64,000 nucleotides of DNA. Origin: a virus. The number at the start of each line of letters is the position of its first letter. Position 1 is the stretch's first letter. The stretch lies in the IMG/VR virus record IMGVR_UViG_3300029394_000152. One strand, given 5' to 3'. Under the pieces are notes generated by a model. That model saw nothing but the letters and a program-made list of their open reading frames with translations, had not been told where the DNA came from and ran no database searches. A program made the position numbers and the translations under genes. Positions 11,164 through 19,486 of this stretch are shown one piece after another.

Positions 11164-12670
11164 GACGCATCCCAGACGAACTTTCTTTTTGTAAGTTTGT
11201 CTGGGATGTTTTTTTGTTTTTGTTAACGGTTTCGTCCGAAACATTAAAATTGATAACCAGTTCACGGTCGCTAACTACCATACTTGTTACAAAAGTGTTA
11301 ACAAGACGGCGACCATACTCCGGTGTGCGCTCGGACGGCTCCACCAAGAACTGTTCCAGCAGGAAAAGGTACTGTTCTTTGGTGAATACAACCGGCTTCT
11401 CCTTTTCCAGAGCAGAGAGCTGGAAGTTCAGAGTGCGCTCCTGTTCGCTCAGATCGTCCAGACGGGCGCACAGCTGCGCATTGGCGGTGCCGTTTTCGAT
11501 GGCGTCCAGAATGTTCTTACTACGGCGGCGGACATCGGCAAGGCTCTGTTCGATGGCTACGCGCTCGGCGTTTGGTTTTTCCGCATCAGCCTTTTGCACC
11601 TCGACCATAGCTTCGGCCAGCGCTTCCATGGCTTCCGGCTGCAAGAGGTGATCCGAGATGGACTGCATGACCTTTCCTTCCAGATCGTCCTTCGGGATGT
11701 TCCGCAGGTGGCAGTTCTTGTTGGGACAGGTGTAGTAGCGGTAGACCTCGCCGGTGGCGCTGTGGCCGCTCATGCCGCGCATGAGGGAACCGCAGGAGCA
11801 GTAGAGCTTGCCGGACAGGATATAGTCCGCTTTCGGTTCATTCTTTGCCTTGAGCTGACGGTTCAGTTTCAACATGGTTTGTGCCCTCTCCCAAAGTTCG
11901 TCGTCGATAATGGCCGGAATGGCCCCTTCAATGCGCACATCATACGATTTGCTGACGTACACGCCGCGATAGGCTTCGTTCTGGATGATCCGGGGAATGC
12001 TGCTCTTGTTGAAGGGGTTGCCCTGACTGGTACGCAGACCTTTGGCGTTGAGCTTATCTACAATAGAGGTGGCGGATTCCCCGGCGGCGTAATGCTCAAA
12101 GATGAAGCGGACGGTGGGAGCGGTCTTTTCATCAATGACAAACCGTTTGTGTTCGTCCGTTTTCAGGCCAAGGGCACGGCATCGGCTGATGGCCTGCCCC
12201 TTGAGGGCACTTTCTCTCATGCCGCGGCGCATCTTCTCGGCCAGCTCGGCAGAGTAGTATTCGGCCAGCGCTTCCATCACGCCCTCAATGATGATACCTT
12301 CCGCACCGGCGATATTGGATTCTGCGGCATAAACGATCTCAACGCCGTTGTCACGCAGGCGTTTCTTGTACACGGCAGAATCATAGCGGTTCCGGGCGAA
12401 GCGGTCTGTTTTCCAGCAAATCACCATATCGAATGCGCCCTTGTCGCTGTCAGTAATCATTTGCTGGAACGCTGCACGATCATCGGTCTTGCCGCTGATG
12501 TGGCGATCCACATATTCTTTCTGAATGGTCATGTTGTGCAGGCGGGCGTAGGTCTCGCAGTCCCGGCGCTGGCCCTCAATGGACTGCTCGGTCTGCCCGC
12601 TGCCGCCGCTGTATCTGTAATAGGCGACCAGCCGCACTTCGCCGCCCTTGTTGAATTTTCTTTTTGCCAT
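11126..12670 (-). CDS. large serine recombinase (prophage integrase)
   Basis: N-terminal resolvase catalytic domain (YYRYSGGSGQ...) with a long zinc-ribbon/coiled-coil C-terminal recombinase domain; last 13 codons overlap the tRNA-Pro 3' end. Confidence 0.9.
   Translation of the reverse strand: MAKRKFNKGGEVRLVAYYRYSGGSGQTEQSIEGQRRDCETYARLHNMTIQKEYVDRHISGKTDDRAAFQQMITDSDKGAFDMVICWKTDRFARNRYDSAVYKKRLRDNGVEIVYAAESNIAGAEGIIIEGVMEALAEYYSAELAEKMRRGMRESALKGQAISRCRALGLKTDEHKRFVIDEKTAPTVRFIFEHYAAGESATSIVDKLNAKGLRTSQGNPFNKSSIPRIIQNEAYRGVYVSKSYDVRIEGAIPAIIDDELWERAQTMLKLNRQLKAKNEPKADYILSGKLYCSCGSLMRGMSGHSATGEVYRYYTCPNKNCHLRNIPKDDLEGKVMQSISDHLLQPEAMEALAEAMVEVQKADAEKPNAERVAIEQSLADVRRRSKNILDAIENGTANAQLCARLDDLSEQERTLNFQLSALEKEKPVVFTKEQYLFLLEQFLVEPSERTPEYGRRLVNTFVTSMVVSDRELVINFNVSDETVNKNKKTSQTNLQKESSSGMRLVRVARIELTAS
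11167..11218 (+). terminator. rho-independent terminator after the tRNA
   Basis: perfect 10-bp inverted repeat catcccagac/gtctgggatg followed by TTTTTTTGTTTTTG; lies inside the 3' coding end of the recombinase on the other strand. Confidence 0.6.
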
Positions 12671-12909
12671 ACCTTGAGTGTCCTTTCAGGTAATCGTCTC
12701 ATTGGCCTGCGGATTAGACGAAAGCGCAAGGCGTGAGACGAAAAATCATAAATCACTGCAGGATCATATAAATACAGTTTCATTTATAGCCCGTCAGGCT
12801 TCGGCCCGGCGGGCTTTTTCTTTTTGCAAATTTTACGAAAATAAAGAATAAATGAAGCAAAACGGAATAAACTGAGGGACTTTCAGAAAATGCTTCAAAA
12901 AAGTAATGA

Positions 12910-12986
12910 GCGCCCGCGTGCTATCCTAACTATCGGAAGGAGAGGATAGCACGCGGGATGTTCCCTTGCTTGACAAGGGAACATCA
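12910..12986. repeat. two adjacent perfect hairpins (14-bp and 11-bp stems) downstream of the repressor gene
   Basis: cccgcgtgctatcc...ggatagcacgcggg and gatgttccctt...aagggaacatc. Confidence 0.5.
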
Positions 12987-13000
12987 TGGATTCTATTCGC

Positions 13001-13354
13001 TTACACTTTGGTAGTTTCTGCGCTTTCTGCGCGTTGAGCATGACGGTTCAAAACGAAGTCCACGGTTTCTTTATCGGACGCAGGAAGGTTGTGATATTTT
13101 TCCAGCGCGGATACATCGTCGATGGAGAAAGACGGCCTGTCAGAATACGGCTCAATGCGCCCGGCAACAAGAGCATCCAGTGAGATTCCGAGAAACTGAC
13201 ATACGCGGATCATATTTTCGACGCGAGTATTCATTACACCACGGCGAAGGATACCGTCAATGGTTGTATAAGGCAATCCGATTGCAACGGAGAAATCTTT
13301 TACAGTCCTATATTGTTTCAGGATGTAGGATTTCAAAAGTTCTTCTCTGGTCAT
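13001..13354 (-). CDS. XRE-family HTH repressor (CI-like)
   Basis: 117-aa protein with an HTH (DFSVAIGLPYTTIDGILR), divergent from the Cro-like gene. Confidence 0.75.
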   Translation of the reverse strand: MTREELLKSYILKQYRTVKDFSVAIGLPYTTIDGILRRGVMNTRVENMIRVCQFLGISLDALVAGRIEPYSDRPSFSIDDVSALEKYHNLPASDKETVDFVLNRHAQRAESAETTKV

Positions 13355-13388
13355 AGTGTAGGCTCCCTTCTTTATTTATATTGTAGTC

Positions 13389-13490
13389 CTAGAATTAGGA
13401 AAAATCAATGCAGAACATCCGAAAAATAAAAAGAATTTTCTAAAAATAGTATTGAAACGGTTGACAAATACTAATTCTAGTGCTATAGTG
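13389..13490. promoter_or_regulatory. lysogeny-switch region: inverted operator copies plus a rightward promoter
   Basis: CTAGAATTAG at 13389-13398 and its reverse complement CTAATTCTAG at 13471-13480, inside a TTGACA, 18-nt spacer, TATAGT promoter. Confidence 0.45.
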
Positions 13491-13527
13491 GTCGCAAATA
13501 CGAAACTTAGGATTGGAGGATGGCGCA

Positions 13528-13773
13528 ATGGTATATCCGCTGGCTGAAAAGTATCTGCGTATCAGTGGCAAAACGGTAGAAGAACTGGCGGAAGAAGTCG
13601 GGACTTCCCGCAGTACGATGTACTACAAACTGAATGGCGGCTCAGACATGAGCGTGGAAATGGCTATCAAGGTCAAGGCGGCTTTGGGTGCAGAGGAAAG
13701 CATTGAAAAGCTCTTTGCACGCAGCGACGAACCCGAAAAGCAGGAGGGCGAAGCGCATGACGCTGAAACCTGA
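13528..13773 (+). CDS. Cro-like HTH regulator
   Basis: HTH GKTVEELAEEVGTSRSTMYYKL; GGAGGA RBS. Confidence 0.6.
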   Translation: MVYPLAEKYLRISGKTVEELAEEVGTSRSTMYYKLNGGSDMSVEMAIKVKAALGAEESIEKLFARSDEPEKQEGEAHDAET

Positions 13774-14065
13774 ACACATTGTAGAAGCGCTGAACAAAAC
13801 GCCGGAGCTGAAACGTCGCCTGATCCTGCGGATCATGGAAGAACTGCTGGACAGCGAAGCCTTTATGGAAGCGTACCCGCGCTTGTATGACCCGGCAGCG
13901 GCAGAGGCTTCACCGGAGTATAGGGAAAAGGTACGCGAAGAACTGGCGCAGATCATCGTGCGGCTGTTCCACAAAAACAAAGTTCGCCCGGACGATGCCG
14001 AAGAAGCATTGAACCGGGCGAGAGGAACTTATTTGGAAATGTATGTCCACTCCGATAAATCGTGA
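13757..14065 (+). CDS. hypothetical protein (copy A of a duplicated unit)
   Basis: ATGA-coupled start; N-terminus MTLKPEHIVEALNK is shared with the 14320 gene. Confidence 0.5.
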   Translation: MTLKPEHIVEALNKTPELKRRLILRIMEELLDSEAFMEAYPRLYDPAAAEASPEYREKVREELAQIIVRLFHKNKVRPDDAEEALNRARGTYLEMYVHSDKS

Positions 14066-14244
14066 GGGAGTTCTTCCAGATTTGAAGCATCGGGGCAGCC
14101 GGTGGCACGGCAGTATACATTGTCTGCTTCAATCTGTGGAGTGGGGCAGGCTTCCCAGATAATGCCGTTGTACAGAAATCCGAACAGGCCGTCACCGGTT
14201 GGGACGATATACAACGGGCCGATAGAAGAATGGTAGACCCACAT
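14029..14244 (-). CDS. hypothetical small protein
   Basis: 71 aa; AAAGGAGG RBS; own promoter TTGTTG-N17-GTGCTATAAT (extended -10). Confidence 0.45.
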   Translation of the reverse strand: MWVYHSSIGPLYIVPTGDGLFGFLYNGIIWEACPTPQIEADNVYCRATGCPDASNLEELPHDLSEWTYISK

Positions 14245-14319
14245 ATTTATAACGCCTCCTTTCCGACTGATTATAGCACGGCGGGGAGGGGAGAGACAAC
14301 AAGCAGGAGGGCGGAGCGC

Positions 14320-14604
14320 ATGACGCTGAGACCTGAACACATTGAAGAAGCGCTGAACAAAAAGACGTTTGATGAAATCGACCCGGACGAAGTTCTGAAA
14401 CATTACGGCTACAAGCCGGAAGAAGTTCATTGCAACGGCGTCGGGATCGGTGTATGGCGCAAGGAAGAAGCGTTTCAGAAGTTGGGGGACATCGGGGCAT
14501 TCATGAGGTTTGTTGACCATAAAGCAAAAGCCCGGATCGAGTTCAACTACGACCCGGACTTTCCGGCGGCGTTGCTTATTACACACGCCGCCACAAAGAC
14601 GTAA
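14320..14604 (+). CDS. hypothetical protein (copy B of the duplicated unit)
   Basis: N-terminus MTLRPEHIEEALNK; AGGAGGG RBS. Confidence 0.5.
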   Translation: MTLRPEHIEEALNKKTFDEIDPDEVLKHYGYKPEEVHCNGVGIGVWRKEEAFQKLGDIGAFMRFVDHKAKARIEFNYDPDFPAALLITHAATKT

Positions 14605-14606
14605 GA

Positions 14607-14816
14607 TCAGTTTCCCAGAAGCGTGCATTTGCATCCTTGAGGAAAACAAGGAGAAGATTCAAAGTCCGCTGGCGATGTCCAGCAAACCTCTGCGGATTCA
14701 AGGCCGGATGTTCCAACCTTTTCAAAGACTTCCCATGCGTACTGTTCCATTTTCTTACAAGCTGCTATACGTTCAGATATGGGTAGTGCGCGAAGATCGA
14801 CAAAGTAGTATTTCAT
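14607..14816 (-). CDS. hypothetical small protein
   Basis: 69 aa; GGGGAGGGGG RBS; second copy of the TTGTTG-N17-GTGCTATAAT promoter. Confidence 0.45.
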   Translation of the reverse strand: MKYYFVDLRALPISERIAACKKMEQYAWEVFEKVGTSGLESAEVCWTSPADFESSPCFPQGCKCTLLGN

Positions 14817-15253
14817 AAATTCACCCCCTCCCCATTTTATATGTTCAAATTATAGCACGGCGGGGAGTACAAGCACAACAAGGAGCACGAGGGTATGAGC
14901 AAATGGCCGAAAAGATGAAGCCGGACAAGCTGACGCTGGATGTCCGGCAGGCCGACGCCGCGGGGCTGTCCTACGGCAGGTGGAGATTTGAAGAAACCGC
15001 GCGCAAACGCAAGGAAAAAGAGATTATCCACCGCCAGTGCGAAGAACGGCGGCGTCGGCGAGATGAAGCATTATCTGGCAAGGGCTGAAAGAACACGCCA
15101 GAGCGGCCCGCATGGGCAGGCGGTATGTCTGACACCGCCTTTATATGGTGCGGCCAGTGCAGGCGGGGAGCGTCAAGCCCCGCCGCCCGGTGTCAACTCC
15201 GGGACACACCACCATATCCGAAAATTTACCTGCAAGCAGAAAGGACAAAGAGT

Positions 15254-15601
15254 ATGGCATACGCATTTATTCACGGAGAGGTCAAGGGCAGCGGCGCGTC
15301 GGTCGAGTTCAAGGGCGACGGGCTTGATCTGCTGGATTTGACGATCCAGATTGTGGGCAGCGTTGTAGCAGAAGTTCCCGAACCGCTTCGTCCGTACGTT
15401 ATCAAGAAGATTCAGGACAAAATTCCTGATGAAGTGCAGAACGATTTGGAAGCGCAGGGAAAGGCGGCTCCGGCAGAGAAGAAGGAAAAGCCTCCTGTTG
15501 GCGAGACGGTAGGGTTCCGCATGGCACGGCAGTTTGCAGAGACAGAGCCGGGCTTCAAGGACTTCATTATGGCGCTGGCCGACAAGTTGTCGAACGGCTG
15601 A
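15254..15601 (+). CDS. hypothetical protein
   Basis: 115-aa ORF with an AAGGA RBS. Confidence 0.4.
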   Translation: MAYAFIHGEVKGSGASVEFKGDGLDLLDLTIQIVGSVVAEVPEPLRPYVIKKIQDKIPDEVQNDLEAQGKAAPAEKKEKPPVGETVGFRMARQFAETEPGFKDFIMALADKLSNG

Positions 15602-15617
15602 GTTTGGAGGTCGGAAT

Positions 15618-15914
15618 ATGAACTGCAATGTAAAAATCACAGCCGAGGGAACGGCTGATGGTCTGGAAGTCAGCATTCACGGCGGTTCGGTTGGCATGAT
15701 GACGGCGGCAGAGCTTATTGTGGCCCGTGTCCTCATGGCGGTAGCCGATGACGAGGAAAATCTGGCAGGTCTGAAAGACAGTATGTTTGAGATCATCAAT
15801 GAAATGGTCAAGGACTGCTGGGCTGAAAAGACGGCCAAGACGGAAGCCGAAAAAGAAGCTGCAGTGAACCAGCTGAAAGCCTTTGTGGCAATGTTCTTTG
15901 AACCGGAGGACTGA
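15618..15914 (+). CDS. hypothetical protein
   Basis: 98-aa ORF; GGAGG RBS 7 nt upstream. Confidence 0.45.
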   Translation: MNCNVKITAEGTADGLEVSIHGGSVGMMTAAELIVARVLMAVADDEENLAGLKDSMFEIINEMVKDCWAEKTAKTEAEKEAAVNQLKAFVAMFFEPED

Positions 15915-16135
15915 CACAGGGCGGTTCCAATGGCGGGAGGAACGAAAACAAAACCCGCTGCCAGAAATACAGGCAGAAAGGCGGGGGAGTGTGAGCAGTG
16001 AATTTACGCCCTTTGTGGCGGCGTCCATGCGGGAAATGCTTTTGGATATGCTCGAAAAGCACCCGGAGATTTTCGACAGACCGACAAGATACCCGGAGGG
16101 CCGGGCAGAATTTTTGAAACAGAAGGAGCCGAACC

Positions 16136-16702
16136 ATGGATAACGAAAAACTGTATGAGGACATGAAGCCGAAAGAAAAGTTTGAGGTTCTCTGGGCGGA
16201 GAGCGGCCTTGCTGATCGTCCGGGAGCGGAAAACCTTTGGCAGCAGATGGTGGCTTTGGGGTTCTTTGAAAAGCCTGCAAGCATTAAGCACCATTCCAAC
16301 CATCCCGGCGGTCTGTGTGAGCACTCGGTTTGTGTGGCAGAGGCGGCAATGGAACTGTGCAGAACGAATCACGCTTTCAAGAAATGTCACCGGAATGAAG
16401 TTCTTGCGGCAGCGCTTCTGCACGACTATTGCAAGGTGGGCAAGTACCGCGATAAAGGCAAAGGTGAGTACGAATACTTTGACGCCGGTCTGGTGGGCCA
16501 TGGAGAAGGAAGCGTCATCATGGCACAGCAGTACATCAGGCTGACGGCGCGGGAGATCGTGGCGATTCGCTGGCACATGGGAGCATACAGCGGGTCGCAG
16601 GACTGGGATACGCTCAGTGCTGTTTATGACCGCTACCCGGAAGCCCTGTGTCTGCACTTCGCGGATATGATCGCTACACACTACGACGAAGTTCATTTCT
16701 GA
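16136..16702 (+). CDS. HD-domain phosphohydrolase
   Basis: H...HD motif (HHSNHPGG...LLHDYCK); GAAGGAG RBS. Confidence 0.7.
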   Translation: MDNEKLYEDMKPKEKFEVLWAESGLADRPGAENLWQQMVALGFFEKPASIKHHSNHPGGLCEHSVCVAEAAMELCRTNHAFKKCHRNEVLAAALLHDYCKVGKYRDKGKGEYEYFDAGLVGHGEGSVIMAQQYIRLTAREIVAIRWHMGAYSGSQDWDTLSAVYDRYPEALCLHFADMIATHYDEVHF

Positions 16703-16886
16703 GGATGTAAATGAAGGTACATAACAGAAGTCCCACCGAAAAAGCCCTGCACAAAAATGAACAGTGCAGGCATACGTTCGAGATCACCCACAAGCGGTGT
16801 GCGCCGTGCAGTGGCTATGATACGAACTGTGAACGTTACGAAAAAACCAAGGGTGCTGCTGATACAAAAACATCTAAGGTATGAAT

Positions 16887-16925
16887 GAGCCGCCACGCAC
16901 CGCGTCAGCGCGGCGGCTTTTATAT
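16887..16925 (+). terminator. rho-independent terminator
   Basis: gccgcc...ggcggc stem followed by TTTTAT. Confidence 0.5.
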
Positions 16926-16930
16926 GGCGC

Positions 16931-17355
16931 GGGGCTGAACCTTGAAACGACGCAGGGGGAAACCACCAGCGGGGCCACACCCCGTCCGCGCCGCTTTGCA
17001 GCAGGTATTCATGGAAGCCGGTGCGTTTGTCCATAATTTGACGCACCGACAGGGGCAGAGGGTGCCGTATGGCGGCGTTTCTCCCGTGTAAGCTGGTGCA
17101 AGACCACGCTGCCTTTCTGCCAAGCTACGCCCGCATGACGGTGCGGAAACCGATTTGGGCGTGCACGCCGCATGAGCGAAGAAATGCCTTGTCCGATCCA
17201 CCCAAGCCAAAGGTGGAAGGTCTGCTTGACCAAGACCGGCCCGCCGCGCTGCTCTCTTGCGCGGTGGGTTCTGATATGCGGGTGCAGCAAGGAAGTTGTC
17301 CGCCGTCCTGATCCCCCATCGGTAGGCAAGCCGGTTCGATTCCGGCCACCCGTGC
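16931..17355 (+). ncRNA. tmRNA (ssrA)-like RNA with an aberrant 3' end
   Basis: 5' GGGGCUGAACCUUGAAACGACGCAGGG resembles the tmRNA acceptor plus D-analog; GGGGGA/UCCCCC could form a P2-like helix; perfect T-arm GCCGG-UUCGAUU-CCGGC at the 3' side; the following CACCCGUGCAAG cannot pair with the 5' GGGGCUG and lacks CCA; no coding ORF. Confidence 0.35.
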
Positions 17356-17390
17356 AAGAACTATGAAAAAATCAATAGGAGGTAAAAAGA

Positions 17391-17591
17391 GTGCTTTACG
17401 TCGATGCAATAAGGATTTTGGAGAAAATTGCACAGGCGAGATTCCTTCACGCGACAATGCCGAAACAAGAAGAAATCGAAGAAGCGATTAAGGTTGTGGC
17501 AAGTCAGGTAACGGTTCAGGCTTGTCCGGGCTTCGCGCTTCATGCCGCACTGTGGTGGATGGCAATTAAATCTAAAGAGGCAGAAGAATGA
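17391..17591 (+). CDS. hypothetical protein
   Basis: GTG start with an AGGAGGT RBS; 66 aa. Confidence 0.35.
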   Translation: MLYVDAIRILEKIAQARFLHATMPKQEEIEEAIKVVASQVTVQACPGFALHAALWWMAIKSKEAEE

Positions 17592-18999
17592 TTCATTTGG
17601 GCGACATTACTAAAATCCATGGAGACCAGATTGAACCCGTGGACTGCATCACGTTTGGTTCGCCTTGTCAGGATTTGTCCATGGCAGGCTTGAGAGCTGG
17701 CCTTGAGGGGAAAAATTCCGGTCTGTTCACAGAAGCCATAAGAGTTATTGTAGAAATGAGGGTTGCCACAAATGGAATGTATCCAGCTTTCGCTATCTGG
17801 GAAAATGTTCCCGGAGCTTTCAGCTCAAACGGCGGAGAAGATTTCAGAACCGTGCTGGAAAAACTTGCCCACGCGGCACAACCAGACGTTTCAATTCCTC
17901 GACCTGCGGGGGGGGGCGATGGTGCAAGGCCGGAGCAATCATCGGAAACGGCTGGTCTCTGGCATGGCGGTTGCTCAACGCTGAACGTTGGGGAGTGCCC
18001 CAGCGTAGAAAGCGTATCGCAGTTGTCGCAGATTTTAGAGGTCAATGTGCCGCAGAGATACTTTTTGAGCGCACGGGCCTGTCAGGGAATCCTGACAAGA
18101 GCATCCCGACGTGGCAAAGCGTTACCGGATTTACTCAAAACTGCCCTGCTGGACATGATCGAGTGGTGGCAGGGGAGGCAGCCTACACCCTGAAAATCCG
18201 TTCGGGATGTGCAGGAGGCGGGAAAGGCGCACTGGTGCAGACAGAAAAGACGGGAACGCTCTCGACGCTTCAAGACCAGACCCTTTTCCAGCCAATCGTC
18301 TTTGACGCTCGTGGAAATGGCAACGGTAAGACAGTTCCGACCATTACCGGAGATCATGAGAGCCGCGTCACAGACTATACGGCTATTGCGGTCGATCTGT
18401 ACAACGGAGCTGTTACCGGAAGCAAGGCGGCAGCCTTGAGTTGCAAGAATACCGGGACGACAGCGGGGCCGCAGGTTGCTGAAAGAAAAACCTATAGCGA
18501 GCAGACTTTCTCTACATACAAAGAAAGCGACAGCAGTGCAACACTGAAAGCGAAAACGGGAAATATCGAAAACGGTGGGGAATGCCTTGTGGCGGAACGT
18601 GTCGTGCGCTGGATCGTCCGAAGATTGACCCCGACGGAATGTGAGCGCCTGCAGGGATACCCGGACGGATGGACAGACATCGGGGAATGGACGGACACCA
18701 AAGGGAAAAAGCATAAACCGGCAGATACGCCGCGCTATAAGGCACTGGGAAACAGCATTGCCCTTCCGCAGTGGTTCTGGATTGCCCAGAAGATGCGGCC
18801 ATACCTGAAAGATAAGCCAACACTGGGAAGCCTGTTTGATGGAATTGGCGGTTTCCCGCTTGTGTGGGAGACGGCATATGGAGCAGGTACAGCAGTGTGG
18901 GCGTCTGAAATTGAAGAATTTCCAATTGCAGTAACAAAAAGGTGGTTTGGAAATGACACGGAAAATGAAAGCAATTCTGGTGCTGTTCTTCGCGGCTGA
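17588..18999 (+). pseudogene. C5-cytosine DNA methyltransferase, frameshifted at a G9 tract and with permuted motif order
   Basis: frame A carries GDITKI, PCQ (motif IV) and ENVPG (motif VI) up to RPAGGG; frame B carries GRWCKAGAIIGNGWSLAWR, QRR (VIII), RLTPTECERLQGYPDGW (IX), GNSIALP (X), then motifs I-II (LFDGIGGF, ASEIEEF) at the C-terminus; ten G's would join the two frames. Confidence 0.7.
17908..17916. repeat. homopolymeric G9 tract inside the methyltransferase coding region
   Basis: cctgc-ggggggggg-cgatgg; the frame changes exactly here. Confidence 0.8.
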
Positions 19000-19483
19000 G
19001 ATCGTCAACAGCGCAAAGGTCGGCGTACTGAAAGGCCGTATTGCAGACCTTGAGACCCAGCGGGATATTTACGCAAGCCGTGCCCAGAACTGGCTTGACC
19101 GGGCTGTAGAGGACGAAGAAGTTATTGATTCTCTGCAAATTCGCCTTGATGAAACAGCGGACAGGAAAATCGAGCTGACAGAGGCAGGTACATTTTTCTG
19201 CACGGCATATTGCACAGAACAGTACGAACATATCTGCGGAGAAGGACACGGAATTACGGCCAGCGGCCAGCCTATACAGGCAGGCGTCACTGTGGCAGCG
19301 GACACGTCCATCTTTCCGTATGGAACGGTTCTGTACATTGAGGGCGTAGGAATCCGCATTGTGCAGGACAAAGGAGCCGCCATTCAGGGAAAACACCTTG
19401 ATGTAGCTGTGGACACTCACGAGAATGCCGAGAAGTGGAACGGCTGTGGAAATCATAGAGTATGGGTTTTGAAGGAGAAATAA
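18953..19483 (+). CDS. 3D-domain protein (MltA/YabE-like)
   Basis: N-terminal hydrophobic segment; C-terminal 3D motif IVQDKGAAIQGKHLDVAVDTHENAEKWNG. Confidence 0.6.
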   Translation: MTRKMKAILVLFFAAEIVNSAKVGVLKGRIADLETQRDIYASRAQNWLDRAVEDEEVIDSLQIRLDETADRKIELTEAGTFFCTAYCTEQYEHICGEGHGITASGQPIQAGVTVAADTSIFPYGTVLYIEGVGIRIVQDKGAAIQGKHLDVAVDTHENAEKWNGCGNHRVWVLKEK

Positions 19484-19486
19484 ACT

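Noticed and set aside
11594-12736. 380-aa plus-strand ORF opposite the serine recombinase
   Set aside because: Antisense shadow ORF; the recombinase frame has clear catalytic motifs and an RBS.
16703-16886. 57-aa Cys/His-containing ORF between the HD gene and the terminator
   Set aside because: Weak RBS (GAGGATG) and below the size where coding can be supported without comparative data; left unannotated.
17274-17355. Possible stand-alone tRNA (GCGGGUG...CACCCGU acceptor pairing plus T-arm)
   Set aside because: No credible D-arm or anticodon arm can be drawn in the intervening 45 nt, so it more likely belongs to the tmRNA-like 3' domain.
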